Position numbers and translations under genes: made by a program. Shown in pieces: positions 53,601-64,000 of a DNA stretch of 64,000 nt (position 1 is its first letter; each line of letters opens with the position of its first letter). The DNA lies in NCBI RefSeq assembly GCF_052425735.1, contig NC_135759.1, positions 45,260,001 to 45,324,000 of the forward strand, given 5' to 3'. The notes beneath the pieces are model-generated. The model searched no databases, was not told the DNA's origin, and saw only the letters and a program-made list of their open reading frames with translations. Source of the DNA: Oculina patagonica. Its lineage: Eukaryota.

Positions 53601-55889
53601 ATCTACGACCCCCTGGGGTTGGTATCACCCACAACGCTCTGTGGAAAGCTCATATTCCGAGATATCTGCGAGAGAAAGTTACCCTGGGACGTGCCCATCC
53701 CGATAGATTTGGATAAGAGGTGGCGGAAGTGGCTTCGTAACCTGCCAGAAACCTTGAGTGTAAAGCGAGCAGTTGCACCGTTTAGAGAGCCAATTCAGTT
53801 TATCCAACTCCACGCCTTTGGAGATGCAAGCTCACAAGGAGTCTGTGCCGCAGTTTACGCAGTTGTTGGCCAAGAGTCAGGGACCACCCAGGGTCTCATC
53901 ACCTCCAAGTCTCGCCTATCAAAACAGAACCTAACCATACCAAGATTGGAGCTTGTTGCAGGCCACATGGCGGCGAACCTGGCAGTTAACGTTCGAGATG
54001 CATTGCAGAATTGTAATCCAGTTATCCACTGCTGGTTGGACAGCACTGTCGCCCTTTACTGGATAAACGGATGTGGAGAGTATCGCCAGTTCGTTGCAAA
54101 TCGAGTGCAAAAGATTCAGCAACACCAAGGAATTGTCTGGCACCATGTCCCCACAGACCAAAACCCTGCTGACCTAGGAAGCAGAGGCGGAAGTGTGATC
54201 AGCGCACCACTTTGGATGAACGGGCCACCATGGTTACCCTATCCGGATCAGTGGCCCCCCAATATTGAAATCAAGGCCTCATCCGAGTCTCAAGCAGAAG
54301 CCAAGGTGACAAAGGAAATCCTTGCCATAGCCCTACCTGAGAGAGATGTGTTCAGCGAGCTGTTGGAAAAATATAGCCTGTTGAAAACTCTGCGCATTTG
54401 CGCATGGATCGCCAGATTCCTCGCCAACTGCAGAAACCCGAAGCCAAGAGGACTAAAGGGACCACTGACCACAGACGAAATAAAGCACCAAGAAGCCTGG
54501 TGGACCAACCGCACCCAAATTGAAGCCAGAAGTTTGAAGAATTTCCCAGCTGATAAGCTTCAACTAAATTTGCAGCCTAACGATAGAGGAATACTGGAGT
54601 GTAGGGGACGAATCATTGGTGCATACCCCATCTACCTACCTGATGACAGCTTGTTCACCTACAAGTTCGTCCAGCAAGTGCATTTAACGACCCTTCACGG
54701 GGGAGTTACACTTACCATGGCCAAAGTCCGAGAAACCCACTGGGTCCCTCGCCTAAGAAGGTTGACAAAGAAAGTAATCAAAAGCTGTTGGGGTTGCAAG
54801 AGATTCCAAGCTCAGGCTTACCAGTCACCACCTCCAGGTAATTTGCCACTCACACGCACCCAAGGAGAGACGCCCTACCAGACAATTGGAGTCGACTTCG
54901 CTGGTCCCATTAAATATCGATTGACGCGGAAAACCGAGGGAAAGGCTTACCTGGTTCTCTACGCGTGCAGTCTTACCAGAGGAGTGTATCTTGATCTTCT
55001 TCCTAGCCTAGAGACGGACAAGTTTCTCACAAGCTTGAAAGGGTTCATAGCTAGGCGTGGTCGCCCACACGTGATCTATTCCGACAATGGAAGTACGTTT
55101 AAAGCTGCTGCTGATTGGATGAACAAAGTCAGAAAGGATGAGAAATTCCACCACTACCTTGCCCAGCATGACGTTGCCTGGAGATTCAACCTCAGCCGCG
55201 CCCCATGGTGGGGTGGTCAATTTGAGAGGCTCATAGGCGTGTTCAAGTCCGCCTTTCGTAAAGCAGTCGGGAACGGCACCTTATCCTGGAGCGAATTGTG
55301 TGACGTCGTGCTCGATGTAGAAATTGCCATAAATGGCCGACCTCTGAGTTACCTAGAGGAAGATATTGAAATGCCAGTGCTCACTCCAAGCTCTATGCTG
55401 CACCTTCAGCCGACCCAGCTCCCTGAGCTAAGCGCACATCACATACAAGAATCGGATCTGAGAAAGAGAGCTAAGTACCTCCTCCGTTGCAAGGAAGCGA
55501 TGTGGTCGAGGTGGTCAAAAGAATACGTGCGGAGTCTGAGAGAGCGGCACAGCAAGAGCGGAGGAGAACAGACTCCCCACCCTTCAGTTGGAGACGTTGT
55601 TATTATTCAAGACGAGTCTCGAAATCGAAACTCATGGAAACTAGGAATTGTGGATAAGTTGATTGTAGGACGTGACGGAATAGTACGTGGGGCCAAGATG
55701 CGAGCTGGAAAAGGAGTAATGGAACGAGCCGTACAGCACCTTTACCCACTGGAATTGTCTGTCGACCGCACCCCCAAAGCAACCCTGGATCCAACAACAC
55801 CAGCTTTCAAGCCAAAACGAGTTGCAGCTGAAACAGCGAATCTGAGAATCCAGGAGATTGCACAAGCGGAGCAAGCCAGGGACATTTAA
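50676..55889 (+). CDS. BEL/Pao gag-pol polyprotein (Gag, protease, RT, RNase H, integrase) with one in-frame TGA at 53211-53213
   Basis: Three Cys/His knuckles (CVYC..HC, CFNC..H..C, CQKC..HH..C), LLDTGA protease, RIVYDAS/DLQKAF/YVDD RT, FGDAS/WLDS RNase H, VDFAGP/SDNG/FERL integrase. Both ORF-track segments are in the same frame. Confidence 0.93.
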
Positions 55890-56063
55890 AGAACAATAAT
55901 CAAGGACATTTTAACTTTTTGCTTGTTTATTAATCGGTGACATTTAAACTATGAACTGTGAACATTTTAATCTTAAGTTTTGTTAATTAATTGCGGACGT
56001 GATTAACCAGTACCAGTCTCCTAGTGAACATATATTCCTCGAGAGAAATATATGGGGGGAGTG

Positions 56064-56441
56064 TGTCGGAGACTAGGACTTTGAATACGTGACGAAATGA
56101 ATGACATTTGAATTTAATTAGTTTCTAAGTGATGATCGGTGTGAAATAAGTGAGAACGATATGTGTCAAAGACCGGATGCTTACTTTTGGCCCGTCTGCA
56201 TGCAATCCGTAGTATAAAATGAAACGCCCAGTGATTAGTATGAGTCGTATGTTTTGAGCCATTGTGAGAGTAGTAGATAGTGAGTAGAAATCCGTGACTT
56301 GCTGAGATTGTACCGTGAAGCCTGTGACGCCAATATTAAAACCAAGAGGACCTGTGAGTATCATATCTGTTTGGTTTGTTTTGTATTTCCTTTTGTCGAT
56401 TTCGTGGGATTAATCGCTTTGGAGGCAAGCATTTTCCCACA
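56064..56441 (+). repeat. 3' LTR
   Basis: Direct repeat of 50240-50617. Confidence 0.95.
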
Positions 56442-57452
56442 ACTTGCATGTGATGTCGTATACCAGTCTTATACCGGTATCGTATGCCGGTCTTTTTTGT
56501 GGTCGGTGTCTTGTCTTTTGGATGGACTAAGATTGACCTCAGCGTGTTGTAATGCTTGTGGTATGTGTGGATGTCTTGTGCTCTGAAGACTGTGCGATAC
56601 AGTCGAAAGCTTCGCTTATAAAACTTTTCAGACCTTACGACAAGAATATTGTTCGTTTATTTTAACACCAAGGTCAAGAATGAGCGTACATAGTCATTTT
56701 TTTTTTGGTTGTTTTTAAAAAGTGCAAAAGCAAGTTCGATGGCCTTTTGTATCGCATTTTGCATCAGAAAATACACTGATTAACAATTAGATAGCCTGCG
56801 TAGCAAGTATTCCCGTACGATTGATGAGTTTTCCGTATTTTGTAATTTTCGCAATTTCGCACGGCCGAAATGCGGGAACGCTTGCTACATAGGCTAACTA
56901 GACAACAAGCTCAAATTTTCTACGAGGAAATAGTATACGAGCCGCAGCCGAGTTGATTATCACTCATAGAAAACGAGGGCGAGTAGTCTACTTGTTTTAG
57001 TAGACACTAAACAATTTGAAGTATCGTTAAACCAAAAATCAAGAAACAAATTCCCTTTCAAAGCCGGGCAACGTGTGCGTGATCGTGTTCTTACAACGAA
57101 TGAACGACAATCACAGAACCAATGAGATTCGCAGAGAAGTTGGTTATAGGCATAACCACAGTGAAAAACTGATACTGGATCTGTTGCAGAGCTTGATCAG
57201 AAAAATACTAGAGATAAAAAGCAATAACTTGATCCTTACGGCATGGAAAAGGACAACAAACACGTGATTAAATAAACAGTGCACACATATCTCGTTTGTT
57301 TTTCCTCTCCTTACTGTAAGTATAAGTTTGTAATTTTAGACTCCATTGTAGCGTAGGTCTAGAATATTAGTTCGATCTTTTGCTAGAGTCATCGCCTCTG
57401 ACTGCCTCCCTTCCCTCCCCTCCCTACTCTTCCTACCTATCTACCAGTGGCA

Positions 57453-60400
57453 TCAGGATCGCTTGGCATGTAGTCTCGGAGGCACAGGGGGAGCCTCGGG
57501 TTCACTTTCCAGGAGGGAGGTGTTAGTCTGTTCAACGCTTCCATACAGTTCATTAAACGTTATATCAGCTCCCCTGTTAGTCACACCAAGCCCATCATCA
57601 CCATCCATGATTGGTATTTCATCGTCCCTTTTTGATCGTGAATCAACCCGCCGCCGTACTTTGCCACTGTTTGCGTCATAACTCTGTTGCTCCGCTGATT
57701 CGTACAGTGGGCTCACATCAGACGCGCCCTCGTACAGAGGATTGAAATCGCTCTGACTGCGATACGATACAGCGGACTGGTACAGAGGGTTCAAATCAGC
57801 CAAGCTCCCAGATCCCCCACCGACACTTCCAGCCGGGCCTGCTTCGTAAAGTGGGTTCATATCGACATTTGAGATCCCCCTCTCGGGGCCCCCGTCCCCG
57901 GTCTCGTACAATGGATTTTCTTCTTCGAAATCTGCTGCTGTCTGGTAAATTGGATTACTAGCTGCTTTTTCACGCTGTGCTCCAATCGTTAACGTACTCT
58001 CGTAATTTGGGTTATTGATAGATTTCATTGTCATAGATGTGGGTCTGTCTCCTGGGGACTGGATCAAATCCAGGGGAATGGAGTCTGGGTCGGAATGTCC
58101 ATATATGGGATTTACCGAGACGTCTTCTGTCACGTGATCGCCGTCATCGTCTGCCATACTAACTCCATCAAACTCGCTTTCTGAAAAGGAAATGAGAAAT
58201 AAATATTTTTTTCATTTATATTTATTCATTCTAACTCTATAGGAATCAAACATCCGCTAGTATAGCGGTGTGCCAACTGAAAAGGTGACTGAAGGCGCGT
58301 GAACATGGTCGACGGCCAATGTCCTCTATGTATAATATACAGAGCATAACCTCAATTGCATTTGCGTATGGGCTGTGCTAGGCACGCACTGTGAGAAGGG
58401 AAATAAAAAGAGGCCAAGAGAAGTCGAGTTCGACAACTCTTAGCGAGTTAGTGAAAACAAAAATAAGTAAAGTGGGCTGGTCGTAAAGAAGGCAAGGGTG
58501 CGGTACTTCATTACTAAGCGCCACCGAGACTTTCTCAAATTCGTTCGCTTCTCGTTCCCGGTTTAGTACGCGCTCACTTTCGCGCTTCGCGCTCTGCGAG
58601 TCCGACTTGTAGCTTAAGCCTAAGCGCCATCGTGAATACTAATCCCTTTTAATCGACAGAACTTTCAAGCATGGAAGAACATATCTAAAATGCAACTGCA
58701 GTCAAAGTTTTTGTAAGCGACAGCCTCGGGAATTTGAAAAAGTAGTCGCAGGAGTGGGCTCTCGTAAGTGAACACGCTCAGAGACGAGAGCTTTTTAGCA
58801 TAAAGCTTGGGCTATGTAAATGGTTAAAAATAGTATACTCAGTAATAAACAGTTAGTAGTTACTTCCTATCGCAAATGAACACCTCGGTTCACGCATCCA
58901 CAAACGTGTGCAACATGTTAGACCACTAAATGCACAAGAAAAAGTTTTGTATATTATTTATTACAAGTGTTAACAAGGTAATACGAATCAGAATCTTAAA
59001 TCGGTCGCTTTCGAGAACTTAAGAGGCCGTCTTTCTGAAAAACACCCACTCAAATTCGCGACAAAAAATAATTTAACTTTACCCCAATAAAGTGAACCAC
59101 GTTTGAAATTCGCTTCTATTACCACGTTTCGTCATTTCCGTGCGCTGATTGCGTTCATAGCTACTACACAGCACAGGCGAGGCAGTCACACATAACAAGA
59201 CAACTTACTTGGAGTCCTTGGGGATTTTATAAGTTTCCTCATTGACAAACTGAAAAAGAGAGAAAAATACATAAGCCAAGAGTACTTAACTATTAAGCCA
59301 TCGCACCTTAGAAGGCAAAAGATGCAATTAATAGAATTGTGGGTAATAATATTACCGGAAAGAAAAGATCAGGTTTCTATCCTTAAAACAACGTAAAAAG
59401 GAGTTCTAACTGCTATGTTGGCAAAATGCCAAGAGTTAAATTTCCAGGTAAAATAGCAAAGCTTGAGAGAAGCCATAGAGTCTTTGCCTCACCCTTTCCC
59501 TGTCCTGGATATCAAGATATGCTTCTTCCTCAAGTAAACCAACACAATGATAAGAATGATTGCTACCATGGTAACCGCCACAGCAACAACCACTGACGTC
59601 ACCACTGAACTGGAACCACCTCCTGTAGAACGGCCTGAATTGGACGAGTTACTATTATCGGGACTGGGAACAACGGTGCTAAGCTGGGTTACAACTGAAA
59701 CGCAAATCACAATATAAGAGCTAGAAGAGTTCAATTCACAAGACAAGTTAGAACCATTTTTGACAAATACTTCACTAGGTCACTTTACACCTCGTGAAAT
59801 GGGGTTCCCTCCCCTTATTCACTAGCCTGTTCAGGCTCCCGGTAGTTGAAGGAGAAAGCGGAAAACGCAGGCGAGCGAGGGAAAAACGAGGGGGCGACGC
59901 CTTCGTCCCGTCTTACTGGAGAGCAACCTACGTAACAGGACATCAACAACAAAGAAAAGTCAAGTTTGATGCTTGCGCATTCACGCCCAGCAAGGCAGAT
60001 TTTATACCATGTGACGGGTTCAAGGAAAAAAGTCATATTATACTAACAAATTGCATGCTAGAATTTTTCACACTTAAAAAACGCATTTGTTCTTAGTCAG
60101 TCTCCCTCAAGGTTAGAAAAACAAAAAGATAACCAATGCTTTGCACAGTACCCACCCTATAAAAATAACTTAATTGTTTAAATACCTTCTTCACAAAACT
60201 TTCCTTGGAAACCAGGTAAACAATCACAATAACCAAACGCATTATCACATGTTGAATTATTCTCACAAAGGCATTTACTCTCGCATTTAAATCCATAGGT
60301 ACCCTTCGGGCAGGCTGTGAACAAAACAAACTTAAGCAACAATTTAACAACAGAAACTTGGAACTGTGATAAACAACGTAAAAAATATCTCCGAAACGTT

Positions 60401-63400
60401 ACCATCTACAAATATGATAGCACCCCGTCAGAATGCAACATTTTGAAAGTTGACTACTTTGGGTGTATACTGTCAGGAGGCAGACCAGTTATCTAATATA
60501 CCGGATATTGAATATATATATACAGCAACTTTGATAGATGCGACTTACTTTGATTGTAGTATTTATTAGCAGTTACGACATTGATTACAGTATTTACTTG
60601 TAAATACAACTTACTCTGATTGCAGTATTAACTGGTAGATACGACTTACTCTGATTGCAATATTTACTGGTAGATACGACTTACTCTGATTGCAGTATTT
60701 ACTGGTAGATACGACTTACTCTGATTGCAGTATTTACTGGTACATACGACTTACTCTGATTACAGTATTTACTGGTAGATAACACTTACTCTGATTACAG
60801 TATTTACTGGTAGATAACACTCTGATTGCCGTATTTACAGTATTTACTTACTCTGATTGCAGTATTTACTGGTAAATCCAGGCTCACAGTTACATTCTCC
60901 ATTTCTGTAATCACATTCTTTATCCATATTAAGAAATCTACATTCACATTTCTTCTTACACTTGTAACCATAGAAACCAATAGAACAAGCTGCAAGAAAA
61001 GCACACGACTTCCTTCAATCTGATGTCAAGAGAAGAACATTTTACAAACTAATTTGGGGTTATATGCCTGTTCTTTCTTGTACCAATGTTCAAAGAGTTT
61101 AAAGCGGCCTTCACAGGACAAACGAACTGATGGCCAAATTGTGTTGGCAAACTCAAGTTGGTGTGTGTGAATGATGCAACAACGGCAAACAAGTTGGCAA
61201 ACTGTCGGTGACAAATAGAACTTGTCTCTATTCTCGCCAACAGTTTGCCAACTATTGTTGTGTCGTTCACACACACCAACTTGAGTTTGCCAACTTTAGT
61301 TTGTTGTGTGAAGGACACGATTAAGATTAAATTGCGAGTTAAAATATTTTAATCTTGACCAGCAATCATTCTTCGTGGCTCATTATATCTTCTTCTGTTG
61401 TTTCTCCATCTTAGTAAAAATAATATTTTAACCTTCGTTCTGAATTAATAATTTTGTAAAAATGCATACCAAAGACCTAAGACCGCATAAAGTGTTCATT
61501 ATGTTTACACGTCATTTACTTACTCCTATCACATTCATCCCCAGTCCACCCCTCAAGACAGGTGCATGCCCCAGTCACGTGATCACAGTTCTCAGTTGAC
61601 TCCTCCCTGCACTTGCAGTCTCTTGAACAACTTGGACCAAATTTTCCTCTTGGGCAAACTATAAGGGAGAAAAAACGGTTTCTATGTTCTATTTTCTCCT
61701 TGGGGAAAATACCTAGAAGCAGATGAACTACACGGTTATGCAAGCTCAGGGTTGCCACTCATTAGAACCCCAAAAAATTTCCTGACTTTTCTCTGACTTT
61801 TTACTGACCTCAAAACAATTTTCACTGACATTGAATTAATTAATTTGCAGATTCATTTTCGATCTCTTTACGTTTTTCATGGGATTTTGAACGCATGGCA
61901 TTTGACCTTACCAACAAATCCATTTTGTTTTCTTGTTTTTCAGCTGAAATTCCCTGACTTTTCACTGACTTTGACAAGAACTAAAATTTTCCTGACTTTT
62001 TGCAAAATTCCCACTTTTCCCTGACCTTGAAAAAAAATTTTGTTTTTTCCTGACTTTTCCCTGACCGTGGCAAACCTGAAGCTCCTCTGCAAGCCATTGT
62101 CTGAGTCATCACGCCAAGTTACCCTCAGTTTATTGCATGACGTGACAGCCACAGGCCCTGAGCTTGCAAGATATTTTTTAAGGATGTTATTTCTGATCTG
62201 CATTCGCTCAGTGACAGGTATTTTTTTTATCTAATGTACTTACATAGAGTGCATTCTTGCCCAGTCCACCCCGGGTCACAGTTGCATTGTCCATCAACAG
62301 GGTCACATGACATGGTGTTGTTTTTATAACATTGGCAAATAGACTGGCAACCAAATCCATAGAATCCACTATCACATGCTGAAAAAAACAGTGCATCATA
62401 AATGGAAACTTATCAAGATTTTCCAAAAAAAAAAACTGTAAAAAAACATTTTAACGGGAAGGTAAAGAGAGAAGGAATAAAGTAACATTTATCAGGCAAT
62501 GAGTAAAATCAACCAATTGATTTTGATTGAATAAATATTGGCTGAAAGATTGTTAGATTTTCACCATTATACCACCCTCTACAGGTTTATACCTTGCCTG
62601 TCAAAACAGAGCTAATCTTCTATCTGATTTAAAGTAATCGTTCTTGAAGGCAAACTTGAAGACTGTGGCAATTAGGTGTTTAAACCTTACCACAACACAT
62701 AAAAAATACAAAACAAACAGAAGAAAATTCTTTCTGTGGTTTGAAAACTGATTATACATCAGTCGAATTTTTAGCAAATTGAGAGTAGAAGTCCTGACAA
62801 CTGTAATACTAAGCAACAATGATTTCTAAGTAGCTTACATTTGTTGCACCTGAGCCCTTGCCATCCTGCGTTACAGGTGCACTTTCCAGTAATGTGATGA
62901 CACGATGAATCATGCAAACAATTACAGCTGCTGTTACATCCCTGACCATACCAGCCATTTGGACAGCCTGTCAGAAAACAACAACAACAAAACCATCATT
63001 AGTTTGCTCCTCCACCTGGCACCAGAAGTCAACATATCATCATAATCTAATGTGTAACTATCCTTTTCTATCACAGATGGCAAAATTTAAGCTTTTAAAA
63101 TTGGTTGATGTTGCTTGTTTCACGTTTGTTTTCTTGCCCATAGTTCTGTTATTTGCCTGTCTGCCTGTCGATCTGTCTGTCTGTCTGCCTTTCTATCTGT
63201 CTGCATGACTGTCTGTCTTTGTGACTGTCTCCATCTGCCTGTCTGTCAGTGTGACTATCTCCATCTGTCTGTCTGTCTGTCTGTCTTGTCTGTCTGACTG
63301 TCTGACAGTCTCTGTGTGCAACTGTCTGTCTGTGTCTGTCTGACTTTCTCTCTGTGTGACTGTGTGTGTATCTGTCTACATGTCAGTGCAGTCTGAAGAA

Positions 63401-63883
63401 CATGCAAGAGACAGTTTTGTAGTCCTGCTTTCTGTACACCACCACTTTTTCACAGTTCTAGTTATGATGCATCTCAAGACTGATGCTGCCTACCTTGCTC
63501 ACAAAATGTGCCTTGCCAGCCTGCCGTGCATTGACAGGCACCAGTCACCGGATCACATGAAGCACCATTCTGACACTTGCACGTTTCCAGGCACTTGTAA
63601 CCATAGCTACCTGGTGGACACTCTGTTAATCAAAACAAGCAAATCAATCAGTAAACATACACTTCAAAGAAACAATTAAGAGTCTTGGTTACAGAGGAAT
63701 TGCGTTGGGTTAAAACTAAATTCCCCCTTGTTGCAGAATGAGTAATTTGAATCTTACTGTCAGTACAGGATGGCAGCATAACTCCAGCTGGGCAGTCACA
63801 GACACCAGTAACCACATCACATGGGGCACCATTACACTTGCATTTCTTGTCACAATTATTGCCATAATAACCAACTTTACATT
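57453..63883 (-). CDS. Multiple EGF-like-domain single-pass receptor (MEGF10/MEGF11/PEAR1/Draper-like); 5' end lies beyond the window
   Basis: Seven phase-1 8-Cys laminin-type EGF exons: 63883-63758, 63622-63494, 62967-62839, 62378-62244, 61658-61524, 60989-60852, 60314-60186. TM exon 59694-59493, short exon 59249-59209, cytoplasmic exon 58180-57453. All introns are GT-AG and the frame is consistent. Confidence 0.9.
60535..60874 (-). repeat. 35-bp minisatellite (~10 units) containing an exon end and 5' splice site
   Basis: Unit on the minus strand: ACCAGTAAATACTGCAATCAGA|GTAAGTCGTATCT. Confidence 0.92.
61100..61320. mobile_element. Hairpin MITE
   Basis: gttggcaaactcaagttggtgtgtgtgaa is inverted as ttcacacacaccaacttgagtttgccaac. 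Confidence 0.7.
61747..62078. mobile_element. CAGG-terminated MITE with internal ccctgacttt repeats
   Basis: cagggttgccac ... gtggcaaacctg termini. Confidence 0.65.
63153..63385 (+). repeat. Imperfect (CTGT)n microsatellite
   Basis: Runs of ctgtctgtctgt in an intron of the EGF receptor gene. Confidence 0.85.
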
Positions 63884-64000
63884 CTGTAAGATAAATAAAA
63901 CTTCATCACTGTTAGGAGCTGGTGCATTAAGCTGGAAAAAGTTATGCCGAATGTTGCTATATTGTTAAACTACATATATTTTTGTACTGACATTTTACCG

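Larger units (their letters stand above)
50240..56441 (+). mobile_element. Full-length BEL/Pao LTR retrotransposon
   Basis: 378-bp LTRs (TGT..ACA) at 50240-50617 and 56064-56441, identical on reading. PBS-like TGGCACCTCCGACGGGAC at 50620. Purine-rich tract at ~56041-56063. Confidence 0.97.
49840..56694 (-). mobile_element. Truncated Penelope-like retroelement (GIY-YIG 3' end, inverted pLTR), split by the BEL insertion
   Basis: Minus strand reads TLRSILVHPKDK..VYDITC (56580-56445), then NDCGEHYIGETARTLEKRLGEH..SAIQEH..HQIDW..KIKEAIHI..LNREGGY* (50239-49960). 75-bp inverted arms at 49840-49914 and 56584-56659, a 35-nt tail, and an approximate TSD CA(T)9-10G. Confidence 0.85.

Noticed and set aside
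56581-56615. Fourth functional hammerhead (CTGAAGA...GAAAGCTT)
   Set aside because: The CTGAAGA is created by the inversion junction and uses stem II bases. Stem I pairing is absent, so it is a truncated copy.
60535-60874. CRISPR-like array
   Set aside because: Head-to-tail units with no unique spacers, eukaryotic intron context, and no cas genes.

Overview
Eukaryotic, AT-rich, intron-rich animal DNA. Gene content and repeat families suggest a cnidarian, probably a stony coral (inference). Five spliced protein-coding genes were reconstructed by hand: a Ly6/uPAR three-finger protein (-), ribosomal protein S27 (-) head-to-head with an ATOS/FAM214 homologue (+), an RFX7/RFX5-type transcription factor (-), and the 3' part of a MEGF10/11/PEAR1-like EGF-repeat receptor (-). 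A full-length BEL/Pao LTR retrotransposon with identical LTRs is inserted into the GIY-YIG motif of a Penelope-like element. Many MITEs, SINEs and LINE 3' ends fill the introns. Most notable signals: (1) Penelope-type minimal hammerhead ribozymes in inverted-repeat insertions, including a perfect spacer-less 388-bp palindrome with a ribozyme on each strand, a tail and a 15-bp TSD; (2) a U12-type intron in the RFX DNA-binding domain that must be AT-AA to keep frame; (3) a 35-bp minisatellite built from an exon end plus its splice donor; (4) a receptor tail with seven NPxY motifs; (5) an apparent 1-nt frameshift and two uORFs in ATOS; (6) four neighbouring genes whose human homologues all lie on 15q21-q22. 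All coordinates were read manually and no searches were run.
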